The notes below the pieces were generated by a model that made no database searches, was not told the origin of the DNA, and saw nothing but the letters and a program-made list of their open reading frames with translations. A stretch of 64,000 bases of DNA from Myxococcales bacterium (GTDB lineage: Bacteria > Myxococcota_A > Polyangia > Polyangiales > Polyangiaceae). Every line of letters starts with the position of its first letter. The stretch's first letter is position 1. The position numbers and the translations under genes were made by a program. Where the stretch lies: the NCBI GenBank assembly GCA_043747615.1, contig JAYTOU010000015.1, positions 21,655 through 85,654 on the forward strand. Direction: 5' to 3'. Positions 40,957 through 50,096 of the stretch are shown piece after piece.

Positions 40957-41598
40957 ATGTTCGTCACGCGCCATAGTCTCCCGACGGTCCTGGCAGTGAG
41001 CTTCGCGGTGAGCATCGCCGCCTGCCAGCGCACACCTGAGCCCGCGCCTGCGCCGCCCGCGAACGTCATCGAAGATCGCTCCGCTGCCCTGACGCCGGCG
41101 CACGCCGCCTCCGCGTCCATTCCCGAGGCGCGCTGCGTCCGGGAGACGTCGGCACTGCCCCCGCCCACCGCGAGTGCCGCGACGCGCGAGCGCTGTCCCA
41201 AGGACCCAGAGTCGGCGCCAGCGCTCCCGATGATCGCGGTGACCATCGCCGCAGCATCCGGTCCGGTGAAGGTGCAGGTCGAGCTAGCGAAGGCGCCCAA
41301 GGAGACCGAGCGCGGTCTGATGTACCGAATGAAGATGCCCGAGGAGCAGGGGATGCTCTTTGCTCTCGAAGAGCGACGGGAGCACCCTTTTTGGATGCAT
41401 AATACATGCATGCCCCTGGACATGATGTGGATCGACGACGACGGGTTGATCGTCGGTCTGCTCGAAAACGTTCCCACGCTGAACGACGAAGAACGAACGA
41501 TCGGGTGCCCGTCTTCTTGGGTCCTCGAGGTCAATGCTGGTTGGGCGCGCCGCCACGGCGTTCGCGCAGGCCAGAAGTTGACGTTGCCCCCACGCTAA
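40957..41598 (+). CDS. DUF192 family lipoprotein
   Basis: Lipobox IAAC; ERGLMYR, GMLF, FWMHNT..PLDM and VLEVNAG motifs. Confidence 0.9.
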   Translation: MFVTRHSLPTVLAVSFAVSIAACQRTPEPAPAPPANVIEDRSAALTPAHAASASIPEARCVRETSALPPPTASAATRERCPKDPESAPALPMIAVTIAAASGPVKVQVELAKAPKETERGLMYRMKMPEEQGMLFALEERREHPFWMHNTCMPLDMMWIDDDGLIVGLLENVPTLNDEERTIGCPSSWVLEVNAGWARRHGVRAGQKLTLPPR

Positions 41599-41614
41599 GT
41601 AGACCGTCAAAACC

Positions 41615-42442
41615 ATGGAGTCATCGATGATCCGAACCGTCGCACTTTCTGCGCTTCTCTTCGCCAACGGCCTCGTTGCGTGCACCAAAGACACCCCCCC
41701 GGAGCCCGACATGCGCAAGGATCCGGAGAGCAACATCGTTCCGAATGCGGCGTCGCAGGCAACGTTGAACCTCGGCCTTTCCGGTCCTGCGGTGCACGCG
41801 AAAGTGCCAGGTGGCGATCCCCTCGACGGCGTGTGGACCCTCGCCGACGCGACGAACGGAATCAACGGCGCAGGAGCCCTCATCGCCACCATCAACACCA
41901 GTGAAGGCGCCCTTCGGTGCAAGCTCTTCGAAGACAAAGCTCCGGTCACCGTGGCGAACTTCGTCGGCCTCGCTCGGGGCACGCGCGTCTGGAAAGATCC
42001 GAGCGGCAAATGGGTCAACAGGCCCGCTTACGACGGCACGCTGTTTCACCGGATCATCAAAGGGTTCATGATCCAAGGTGGCGACGCGAAGGGCAACGGC
42101 TCGGGCGAGCCGGGCTACGTCATCAAGGACGAGCTCTGGGAAGGCTCGAAGCACGATCGCGCGGGGCTCTTGTGCATGGCGAACCGCGGGCCGAACACCA
42201 ACGGCGCGCAGTTCTTCATTACCGACGCGTCCGCTCCGCATCTCGATCGGAGCTACACCATCCTTGGCGAGTGCGCCCCCGTCGAGATCGTCCACACGAT
42301 CGCCAACGTGGCCGTCAACGGCGAGCAGCCGGCGAGCCCGGTCACCATCAAGAGCGTCACCGTTGCCCGCGAAAAGCCGGGCCCGGCCACCGCGCCGAGC
42401 AGCAGCCCGACTCCGCCGACGACCGACGCCGGCAAGAAATAA
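41615..42442 (+). CDS. Cyclophilin-type peptidyl-prolyl isomerase (lipoprotein)
   Basis: LVAC lipobox; APVTVANFVGLA, FHRIIKGFMIQGGD and MANRGPNTNGAQFFIT motifs. Confidence 0.95.
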   Translation: MESSMIRTVALSALLFANGLVACTKDTPPEPDMRKDPESNIVPNAASQATLNLGLSGPAVHAKVPGGDPLDGVWTLADATNGINGAGALIATINTSEGALRCKLFEDKAPVTVANFVGLARGTRVWKDPSGKWVNRPAYDGTLFHRIIKGFMIQGGDAKGNGSGEPGYVIKDELWEGSKHDRAGLLCMANRGPNTNGAQFFITDASAPHLDRSYTILGECAPVEIVHTIANVAVNGEQPASPVTIKSVTVAREKPGPATAPSSSPTPPTTDAGKK

Positions 42443-42476
42443 ACGCGAGCAGCGGCGAGCCCGCGGCGAGGTGGGG

Positions 42477-42526
42477 GCCCCAAAAAACCACGTTTTTTTG
42501 GGCGGGGAGGCGTCGTGTCCTCCCCG
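42477..42526. repeat. Tandem double hairpin between convergent genes (REP-like element or bidirectional terminator)
   Basis: CCCAAAAAA/TTTTTTGGG stem (42479-42502) immediately followed by a CGGGGAGG/CCTCCCCG stem (42503-42526). Confidence 0.55.
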
Positions 42527-42532
42527 TGATGA

Positions 42533-43087
42533 CTAGTGAGCGAAGAGCGCGTTGGCGGCGCCTTCGCCAAGGACGTGCGCGCTCATCGCAGCGTCGACGT
42601 CGGCGCGCGAGGAGCCTTCCTTCAGCGCGAGCGGCGTGTCGAGTGCGAACACGCGCAAGCCGTAGCGATGGGGCTCACCCTTGGGTGGGCAGGGGCCGTC
42701 GTAGCTGACGTTGTTGAAATCATTTCGACCGAGCTGCGCGCCGAGCGCGGTGAGATCGGCGCCTTCCTTGATGCCGCGCGTTTCGGGCGGAACGTTGAAG
42801 GCGATGAAGTGCGTGAAGAGGGCGCCCGGGGCGTCGACGTCGTCGATGATGAGGACGAGCGAGCGTGTGCCTTGGGGCGGCGAGCTCCACGTCAAAGCCG
42901 GAAGGCTGTTTTTCCCGTCGCACGTGAAGTCTACGGGGATCGATCCGCCCGAGCCGAGCGAGCTGCTCGTCACCGCGATCGATGAGGGCACGACGCCCGC
43001 TGGAGCGGAAGGACCAGGCCCGCCGCCGTGAGCACACGCTGCGAGGAAGGCCGACGCGAGCGCGGCTGCAAACCGCGCGAAGCTCAT
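42533..43087 (-). CDS. YbhB/YbcL (PEBP) family lipoprotein
   Basis: LAAC lipobox; FTCDG.N..P.L.WS, DDVDAP..FTH, YDGPCPP..HRY motifs. Confidence 0.92.
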   Translation of the reverse strand: MSFARFAAALASAFLAACAHGGGPGPSAPAGVVPSSIAVTSSSLGSGGSIPVDFTCDGKNSLPALTWSSPPQGTRSLVLIIDDVDAPGALFTHFIAFNVPPETRGIKEGADLTALGAQLGRNDFNNVSYDGPCPPKGEPHRYGLRVFALDTPLALKEGSSRADVDAAMSAHVLGEGAANALFAH

Positions 43088-43917
43088 GAACCTGCTTGCC
43101 CCGTGAAACGGGCGTACTCGTCTGCCGAGTGTGCCGAGAACATGCGCACGTCTTTCGAGTGATCCCGCGCGAGGTCTCTCAGGCGACCTTGGTTGTGCAC
43201 GCGCGTCTCGTCGTCGATCGCGACCAATTTTTGGTAGTACGCAAGGAGCGGCGGGCAGTGGGGCCGCTGCTCCATTTCTCCTGCCGAAAAATAGGCGTCG
43301 CCGCAGTGCAGGAGCCAGCCGCTGTCGTCGCGCACGGCGACCGCCGAGTGCCCGCGCGTGTGTCCGAAGAGTGGCACGAGGAGCACGTCGGGGATCGACG
43401 GATCGAGGGGGCGCACGGCGTCGAAGCCGAACCAGCGCTCGCCGTCCGGGAGATGCGTCTTCCACAGCGGGGAGTGCGCCCACTGGATTTTCTTGTAGCG
43501 CTCCTTCTCGAGAAAGGTGCGGCGGCGCATGGCTGCCTCGTGCTCGCCGGCGTGCACGTGCACGGTCGCCTTCGGAAAATCGCGGAGCCCTCCGGCGTGG
43601 TCGAGGTCGAGATGGGTGACGACGATATGACGGACGTCATTGCCCGAGAAACCGAGACGTTCGACCTGCCGAAGCGCGCACTCCGCCGGATCGAGACGCG
43701 GCCGCGCCGTGAGCACGAAGCCGCTCCCGAGACGTGAGCGCGCGTGGGCCACGTCGTCCAGGCCGAAGCCCGTGTCGACGAGGACCAAGCCGAGATTACT
43801 CTCGACGAGGAGGCAATGCGCCACCAGCGTCGCTGCGGAAAAGAGCTCGCCTTCGCCACCGAGCTGGCGCCCGCCGTAGGGGCACATCGTCGCGCAGTTG
43901 AGGTGGTGGACTCGCAT
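43084..43917 (-). CDS. Metallo-beta-lactamase fold hydrolase
   Basis: MRVHHLNC, VDTGFG, THLDLDHAGG, GHTRGH, GDAYF and SAH motifs. Confidence 0.92.
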   Translation of the reverse strand: MRVHHLNCATMCPYGGRQLGGEGELFSAATLVAHCLLVESNLGLVLVDTGFGLDDVAHARSRLGSGFVLTARPRLDPAECALRQVERLGFSGNDVRHIVVTHLDLDHAGGLRDFPKATVHVHAGEHEAAMRRRTFLEKERYKKIQWAHSPLWKTHLPDGERWFGFDAVRPLDPSIPDVLLVPLFGHTRGHSAVAVRDDSGWLLHCGDAYFSAGEMEQRPHCPPLLAYYQKLVAIDDETRVHNQGRLRDLARDHSKDVRMFSAHSADEYARFTGQAGS

Positions 43918-43953
43918 CCGACGGAGCTTGCTGCCCGTGCGAGCCATCGTCAA

Positions 43954-45336
43954 TCAGTCAGGCGGGTAGAGAACGGTTTGCGTGCCTTCGCGGAAGTAAA
44001 AGCGATCCATCGCGTTGCCGCGGTCGAAGGTGACGGCCCCGAAGAGATTCCAGCCGAGACACCACACCGCTGCCGCGCGGAAGAAATTCCCCCACGGCCG
44101 ATTTCCTACGGCGAGCATGACGAAGAGCATCGGGGAGTAGTCGTTCGAGAAGCGGTATCCGAACTGCCGCCAGCCGCTATTTTGATAGAGCAGATCCATC
44201 GCCAGAGGCAGGAGCGCGGAAACGAGGAGCGCGTCGTGGAGAAAGCCCCGCGTCTTCGGGCGGAAGAGCCAGAAGTACACGGGCGTCGTGAACCAAAGCG
44301 CGAGCCCGTGCTCGTTGATCTGGAAGGGCGCGGCGCCGACCACGTGCGCGCTCTTCGCCGGCACCCACGGAAGAATGGTCAGCATCACGCCCAAATTTTT
44401 CGACAGGTAGTGGTAGCCCATCAGCCCCCACTTCTCCATCCGTCCGCGCCACACGACGCCGAGGTACACGTGGCCGAAGGCCGTTGGATTCGGGTCGTGG
44501 TAGCGGGTGTAGTTCATCCACGAAGCGATGGCGAAGACACCTAGGATCGGCACGGCAAAGAGGGCGTACTTCCGAGCGAGGGCCGGTTTGTCGACGCGCT
44601 TCCAGGTCTCGACGAGGCGCTCGAGGAAGGTCCCGTCGGTCGGCAACCCTTGCTTGCAACATACACGTATCGCTTCGAGCGCGAAGAGCGGCGCGGCCAG
44701 AAGCGTCGGTGGCCGCGTCATCCACGCGCAGGCCAGAATGAGGCCCGCAAGCAGCGGCAATTCCGCGTCGAGAGCAACCAGCAAATACCCCGTGAGGAGC
44801 GCGGTTCCGACGACGTGCGCCGCGAACCACACCGTGCCTTCGACGGCCGTGAAGAAGTAGACTGTGCCGAACGCGAAGAGGAACGCCAGCGCCGCGTTGA
44901 TCGTCTCCGAGCGCTCAGAGCGCCCCGTGCGACGGAGCTTCTCGAGGACCAAGAAGAGAAGCGCGGGCGCGATGCCAGCGAGCCAAATGATGAACTGCCC
45001 GTCTCGAAAATTTTCTGGCGAGCCCGCGGCCTTGACGAAGGGCAGCATCAGCACCGCAGGGAAGGGGGGAAAGCTGATGTACGTCTTGCCCTCGAACTCC
45101 GCGAAGTCGTTCCCCTGCGCGTAGCCCGGCGCCCCGTTGGGCAGATCCTGCCGGCCGTGCAGCCAGGCGTCGGCGAGGAGGGCGTAATGATTGAACGACG
45201 TGTGGTATCCGAGTCGATCGGGGCCCGCGACGACCGCGAAGGTGACCGCGCACGCCACGTAGATCGCTGCCGCGACGATGATCCGGCGCGACCGGCTCTC
45301 CTTGACCACGAGGCGCGTGAGGTAGCGCTCGGCCAT
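43954..45336 (-). CDS. Polytopic membrane protein, probable GT-C fold glycosyltransferase
   Basis: Multiple TM helices; YISFPPFPAVL, WMTRP and GWRQFGYRF motifs; TAGGGT -10 lies 7 nt before ATG 45336. Confidence 0.6.
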   Translation of the reverse strand: MAERYLTRLVVKESRSRRIIVAAAIYVACAVTFAVVAGPDRLGYHTSFNHYALLADAWLHGRQDLPNGAPGYAQGNDFAEFEGKTYISFPPFPAVLMLPFVKAAGSPENFRDGQFIIWLAGIAPALLFLVLEKLRRTGRSERSETINAALAFLFAFGTVYFFTAVEGTVWFAAHVVGTALLTGYLLVALDAELPLLAGLILACAWMTRPPTLLAAPLFALEAIRVCCKQGLPTDGTFLERLVETWKRVDKPALARKYALFAVPILGVFAIASWMNYTRYHDPNPTAFGHVYLGVVWRGRMEKWGLMGYHYLSKNLGVMLTILPWVPAKSAHVVGAAPFQINEHGLALWFTTPVYFWLFRPKTRGFLHDALLVSALLPLAMDLLYQNSGWRQFGYRFSNDYSPMLFVMLAVGNRPWGNFFRAAAVWCLGWNLFGAVTFDRGNAMDRFYFREGTQTVLYPPD

Positions 45337-45490
45337 CGTCGGCACCCTAGTCGACCTTGGGTGTGGAGATGAGTGAATCGCTCTGATTCGGCGGTCCCAA
45401 GCGCGAACGAAATTTCGCAGGTGGCGCTCCGAAGACGTGCACGATCGTTCGCGGGAGCGATTTTAACGGCCAGATAATTGCGATTTGCAC

Positions 45491-45506
45491 TGGCATGAGG
45501 CTTGTA
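45491..45506 (+). promoter_or_regulatory. Possible sigma54 promoter (variant -12)
   Basis: TGGCATGAGGCTTGTA: GG-N10-GT in a relatively AT-rich divergent intergenic region. Confidence 0.45.
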
Positions 45507-45563
45507 AAGGCGGGGGGGGCGGAACGAAAACCCGCCCGAGCAACCCGAGAGACAAACGAGAAA

Positions 45564-45752
45564 ATGGCCCTTCCCTTCGACGAAACCCACGGCGCGCGCG
45601 ACCCGCGAGCCCTCGCGATTCTCGCCAAGACGATCTACCGCGAGCTTCGAACGAGCGGCTACACCGAGCGCGACGTCATGTCCCTCGCGAGCGAGTTGCT
45701 CGGCATGGTCACCTCCGAAGTTCGGAGCGCGAAGAAACCGCCGCCCGCCTGA
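45564..45752 (+). CDS. Small helical hypothetical protein
   Basis: 62 aa (LAILAKTIYRELRTSGYTERDVMSLASELLGMVT), two amphipathic helices, purine-rich RBS, high GC3. Confidence 0.75.
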   Translation: MALPFDETHGARDPRALAILAKTIYRELRTSGYTERDVMSLASELLGMVTSEVRSAKKPPPA

Positions 45753-45820
45753 CCTCGCCCGAGGTGCGTCTGACCTTGGAGCCGTTTCTAGGGGTGTCGT
45801 CCGTTTCCTTGAGGGAGAAT

Positions 45821-45850
45821 TTGACACGGCTGGCGCCGACCTCCGACAAT
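45821..45850 (+). promoter_or_regulatory. Sigma70-type promoter, leaderless, for the FHA-CpaF gene
   Basis: TTGACA (45821-45826), 18 nt, GACAAT (45845-45850), 7 nt, ATG 45858; no SD sequence. Confidence 0.65.
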
Positions 45851-45857
45851 CCCCGCA

Positions 45858-47858
45858 ATGTTCGCGATCATCATCAGTGAGAAGGGGGGCGCCGAGCGTA
45901 AGGAATCGTTTGATAAAAACGAGATCAACGTCGGGCGTGTCCAAGGCAATGACCTCACCCTTCCCAAAGGGAATGTCTCCAAGCATCACGCGAGGCTCCT
46001 CTACCGTGACGGCCGCTTCATCGTCACGGACCTCAAGAGCACGAACGGGACGTACGTAAACGGCCGGAAGATCGCCCAGGCGACGATCGTTCGCGAGGGC
46101 GACAAGATCTACATTGGTGACTTCGTCCTGCGGCTCGACACGGCCGCCACGAGCGCCGAAGCTCCGGCCGCCGACGCGTCTTCGAACGACGAGGGGCGCG
46201 CGCTCGCTCGTACCGGTCCGAACCCCGGCGGCATCGCCGTGCCCGTAGCCGCCACGGCTGCGCCGAGACCCGGTGGAAGTGGCGTCCCCTCGGCCCGCGC
46301 GCTTCCGACCAATGCGCCCGAAGCTCCCGTCAACTATCCTCTCGACCGCGATGCCGAGGACGGCAACGAAACGGCCGCCCACCAGGCGATCCCCAAGGCA
46401 CCGGCTGCGCCGCGCATTCCGACCGCGGTGTCCCCCGCGGGCATGCAGCCGTCGCCGTCGCAGCGTCCGAGCCAAGCGCCGACGCGAGGCCTCACGAGCG
46501 CAAGCAACGCTCCGCCGCCAATCGCGCGAAATCAGATCCCGCTCTCGGTGCCACCGCCGGCCGCGATCTCGTCGCCCGGTGTTCGCATGCCTGCACGCGA
46601 GACTCCCGCCCAAGCGGGTCGGCGCCTCGCGCTGGTCACCCTCGTCGATCGTGTGAACGACGCCACCGACCTATCGCAAATGAAGGCGAGCCCGGTGGTC
46701 GACGACGCTCTGTCCCATCGCGTCGATCGTACCGTTCGTGAGCAAGCGACGGCAATGAAGGACGAGGGGGAGGTGCCTGAGGGCACGGATCTCGATCAGC
46801 TCGTGCGCGATGCCATTCGCGAGCTCGTAGGTCTCGGTCCGATCGGTCCGCTTCTCGAGGACGACGAAGTGACGGAGATTCATTGCCTCCGTTACGACCA
46901 TGTTCTGGCCACACGCGGCGGTGTGGTCTCTCCGGCGGAGTCTTCCTTCACGAGTGAAGAGGCGATGGTTCGCGTCCTCCACCGCATCGTGCACCAGACG
47001 GGCGAGGCCCATCGCGAGGGCGAAACCATGCTGGAGCGACGGCTCTCGCGCGGCGCTCACATGATCGCACTCCTTCCTCCGGCGTCGTCGAGCCACGCGC
47101 TCGTCATTCGCAAAAAGCGACGCCTCGACATGTCGCTCGAAGATTTCGTGCGCCTCGGTGGGCTCTCCCGAGCCATGGCCACGTTCCTCGACAACTGTAT
47201 GGCGGCCCGCGCCAACATTCTGGTCTGCGGCTCGAACTCCGGCACCGTCGCCGCGTTCGTGGCCGCGCTTGCCACAGCGAGCCCCCCTGGCGATCGTGTC
47301 GCCGCGCTTCAAGAGGTCGAGGAGTTCGCTGTGCCGCACGCGCACCTCGTTTCGCTTGGTCTGCCTGACACACGGGCGCGCGGCGAAGAGGCTGTGCGCG
47401 CTGCGGCGAAGATGCGACCCGATCGGATGATCGTCGGCTCGCTCGCAGCGAACGTCGCGGCGGCGACACTCGAGGTGATCGCCGAAGGTGCCGAGGGCGT
47501 CGTGGCAGCAACGGCTGCTCCCTCGCTTCGCCAAGGCCTGTCGCGCCTCGTCGCGCAGGTCCTCCTCGCGCGCCCGGGAATGAGCGTCGAGGCGGCGCGT
47601 GAATGCGTGGGCGAAGCGTTCGATATCGCCGTGGAGGTGGCCCCGCTCGCCGATGGACGCAATCGCGTCGTCCGCATGGCGGAGCTCGGCGGAACGGATG
47701 CAAAAGGCGTCGTCGCGCGCGACCTCTTCACCGCCGGCGATTCCGGCGATGGAAGTTACTCGGCTACGGGCGTCGTCCCCCGGGTCGTCGGCGAATTCGC
47801 CCAGCGCGGCGTCAAGGTCGATCCGAATCTCTTCAAGCGCTCGGTCGGTCGCTCGTAG
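45858..47858 (+). CDS. FHA domain fused to a catalytically degenerate CpaF/TadA-like ATPase
   Basis: FHA VGR..VSKHH..STNG; Pro/Ala linker; CpaF-like GLGPIGPLLEDDEVTEI, NILVCG and MRPDRMIVG, but the Walker A GKT and Walker B Glu are missing. Confidence 0.85.
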   Translation: MFAIIISEKGGAERKESFDKNEINVGRVQGNDLTLPKGNVSKHHARLLYRDGRFIVTDLKSTNGTYVNGRKIAQATIVREGDKIYIGDFVLRLDTAATSAEAPAADASSNDEGRALARTGPNPGGIAVPVAATAAPRPGGSGVPSARALPTNAPEAPVNYPLDRDAEDGNETAAHQAIPKAPAAPRIPTAVSPAGMQPSPSQRPSQAPTRGLTSASNAPPPIARNQIPLSVPPPAAISSPGVRMPARETPAQAGRRLALVTLVDRVNDATDLSQMKASPVVDDALSHRVDRTVREQATAMKDEGEVPEGTDLDQLVRDAIRELVGLGPIGPLLEDDEVTEIHCLRYDHVLATRGGVVSPAESSFTSEEAMVRVLHRIVHQTGEAHREGETMLERRLSRGAHMIALLPPASSSHALVIRKKRRLDMSLEDFVRLGGLSRAMATFLDNCMAARANILVCGSNSGTVAAFVAALATASPPGDRVAALQEVEEFAVPHAHLVSLGLPDTRARGEEAVRAAAKMRPDRMIVGSLAANVAAATLEVIAEGAEGVVAATAAPSLRQGLSRLVAQVLLARPGMSVEAARECVGEAFDIAVEVAPLADGRNRVVRMAELGGTDAKGVVARDLFTAGDSGDGSYSATGVVPRVVGEFAQRGVKVDPNLFKRSVGRS

Positions 47859-47876
47859 CGCCGTTCCAATTCTACT

Positions 47877-48386
47877 CTAGAGATTCGCGTCGGCGCGCTT
47901 TTGCATCTTGCGATGCACGAGGCGCTTCTTGAGAGGCCCGAGGTGGTCGATCATCAGGACGCCTTGCAAATGATCATGCTCATGTTGGATGGCGACCGCG
48001 AGGAGCCCTTCGGCTTCGAGCTCGAACCACTTGCCGTCCCGCCCCTGCGCGCGAACTTTTACTTTCGCTGCGCGGTCGACTTCTTCGGTCACGCCGGGAA
48101 AGCTCAGACAGCCTTCGGCCCAGGTGATGGCGTCGAGGGTCTCCAGAATTTCTGGATTCATGAAGACGCGTAGGTCGCTTGGCTCGTTCTCGGCGGCGAC
48201 GTCGATGACGAAGAGCTGCAGTGCTTCTCCGATTTGAGTGGCGGCGAGCCCGACTCCGGGCGCGGCGTACATTGTCTCCGCCATGTCGTCGATCAAGGCC
48301 TTGATCTCTGCGGTTACGGTGGTGATTTTCGCGCCCGGAATGCGCAGCCGCTTGTCGGGGTAGTGGAGGATGGTGCGGATCGCCAT
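47877..48386 (-). CDS. def: Peptide deformylase
   Basis: GVGLAATQIG, EGCLSFP and QHEHDHLQG motifs. Confidence 0.98.
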   Translation of the reverse strand: MAIRTILHYPDKRLRIPGAKITTVTAEIKALIDDMAETMYAAPGVGLAATQIGEALQLFVIDVAAENEPSDLRVFMNPEILETLDAITWAEGCLSFPGVTEEVDRAAKVKVRAQGRDGKWFELEAEGLLAVAIQHEHDHLQGVLMIDHLGPLKKRLVHRKMQKRADANL

Positions 48387-48440
48387 GGTTCTCTCGGAGA
48401 CATCTTAATGCGCGTGAGGTCCTCTGGCGAGGCCCGAAGG

Positions 48441-49580
48441 TTACTTCTCCGGATATCGGAGCTGCCCGAAGACGTGGGCGTCGTTGCCGCAAAGCTCCCA
48501 GACGGGGTTTATGATGTGCGGTGCATCGGCAGGGGTATCGGGACCCGCCCAGTCGACGGCCCCCGGACGGCCCCGCGGGCCCAGCAGAATGGGGGCGATG
48601 AAGCAGTGAAGCTCGTCCCCGAGGTGGGCGGCGAGAATGCTCCCGGCGAGCTCCGCGCCCCCCTCGACCATCACCGACACGATGCCCTTCGAGGCGAGCA
48701 GCCGCAGGGCCCCGGTCACGTCAATCCGCCCTTCGGCAGAGCTGGGTGCGCGAAGGACCTCCACGCCGCGCGCCGTCAGGGCTTCCTCGAGCGTGCTGTC
48801 GGCGTCTGCGCTGCAGATGACCCACGTCGGGACGTCCGTCGCCGTCTCCACGAGGCGCGCGCTCGGCGGCAGGCGCAGCTTCGTGTCGAAGACCACTCGC
48901 AGAGGGCTCGGCCCAGGGGCACTTCGAACGGTGAGACGGGGATCATCGGCGAGCGCGGTTCCAATCCCGATCGCGACGGCGTCGTGCTGTGCACGCAACG
49001 CGTGAACGCGCGCGCGAGCGTCGGGGCCAGTGACCCATTTCGAGGCCCCCGTCCGGGTAGCAATGCGTCCGTCGAGGGAGAGCGCGAGCTTGAGTGAGAC
49101 ATACGGCAGACCGAGGGTGACGTGCTTCGTCCACGGGGCGATGAGCCGGCGAGCCGCGTCTTCGCGGACTCCGACGGTCACGCCGATCTTTGCTGCCTCG
49201 AGCTGCTCGAGCCCCCCGCCCGAGACGTGGGGATTCGGATCGCGGCAGCCGATGACCACGCGGGCGACCTGGGCGGCGACGATGGCCTCGGTGCACGGTG
49301 GCGTGCGTCCGTGGTGATTGCAGGGCTCGAGGGTAACGTAGAGCGTGGCTCCCTTGGCCTTTGCTCCTGCGGCCAGGAGTGCCGCTCCTTCGGCGTGCTC
49401 CTCGCCGGCGCGCCCGTGGTGACCGAGGGCCACGACTTCGCCGTTGTGGACGACGAGAGCGCCAACATGCGGGTTCGGCGACGGGTGCCCCTTCGCCGCC
49501 TCCTCGAGCGCGCGATCCATCCACGCCTCGTCCTCCGCCGAAAATGCGCTCGGCGCCTTCTCTTCTTCGCGGGTCGTCAT
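48441..49580 (-). CDS. ribD: Riboflavin biosynthesis deaminase/reductase
   Basis: PNPHVG, HAE, TLEPCNHHGRTPPC, KLALSLDG and VEGG motifs. Confidence 0.97.
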   Translation of the reverse strand: MTTREEEKAPSAFSAEDEAWMDRALEEAAKGHPSPNPHVGALVVHNGEVVALGHHGRAGEEHAEGAALLAAGAKAKGATLYVTLEPCNHHGRTPPCTEAIVAAQVARVVIGCRDPNPHVSGGGLEQLEAAKIGVTVGVREDAARRLIAPWTKHVTLGLPYVSLKLALSLDGRIATRTGASKWVTGPDARARVHALRAQHDAVAIGIGTALADDPRLTVRSAPGPSPLRVVFDTKLRLPPSARLVETATDVPTWVICSADADSTLEEALTARGVEVLRAPSSAEGRIDVTGALRLLASKGIVSVMVEGGAELAGSILAAHLGDELHCFIAPILLGPRGRPGAVDWAGPDTPADAPHIINPVWELCGNDAHVFGQLRYPEK

Positions 49581-50086
49581 CGCGGAGCGCCCTCCAGCGC
49601 GGCGGGAACGTCGGTGCCGCCGTCTTCCCGGGAGCGTGCGATTTTTTCGAGCTCCAACCGAAATTCTTCGATGTCGCGAAACGATCGATAGACGCTCGCG
49701 AAGCGCACGTATGCGATGTCGTCGAGCTCACGAAGATGGTTCATCACCTTCTCGCCTACGCGCATTCCGGTGATCTCTTTATCACCCGAGTCGATGAGCT
49801 CGCGCTCGATCGAGTCCACGATGGTTTCCAGGCGCTCGATCGCTATCGCCCGCTTTTCGCAGGCTTTTCGCAGTCCATAGAGCACCTTCTGGCGATCGAA
49901 CAGCTCGCGGCGCCCGTCTTTCTTGACGACCAGCGGCAGGACCTCGTCGACCCGCTCGTAGGTGGTGAAGCGGCGCGCGCAGGAAGCGTTCTCGCATTCC
50001 CGGCGACGACGGGTGACGTCTCCTGCCGTGGACGCCCGAGAGTCGATCACTTTGCTCTCGAGGTGAGTACAAAATGGACACTTCAT
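49577..50086 (-). CDS. nrdR: Transcriptional repressor NrdR
   Basis: MKCPFC, VIDSR, RRRREC, RFTTYE and AYVRFASVYR motifs. Confidence 0.98.
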   Translation of the reverse strand: MKCPFCTHLESKVIDSRASTAGDVTRRRRECENASCARRFTTYERVDEVLPLVVKKDGRRELFDRQKVLYGLRKACEKRAIAIERLETIVDSIERELIDSGDKEITGMRVGEKVMNHLRELDDIAYVRFASVYRSFRDIEEFRLELEKIARSREDGGTDVPAALEGAPR

Positions 50087-50096
50087 ACGAGCAGGT

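Noticed and set aside
40789..41103. Minus-strand 104-aa ORF across the sRNA region
   Set aside because: Overlaps the DUF192 gene antisense with no motif; G-U pairing and the U-tract favour a + strand RNA.
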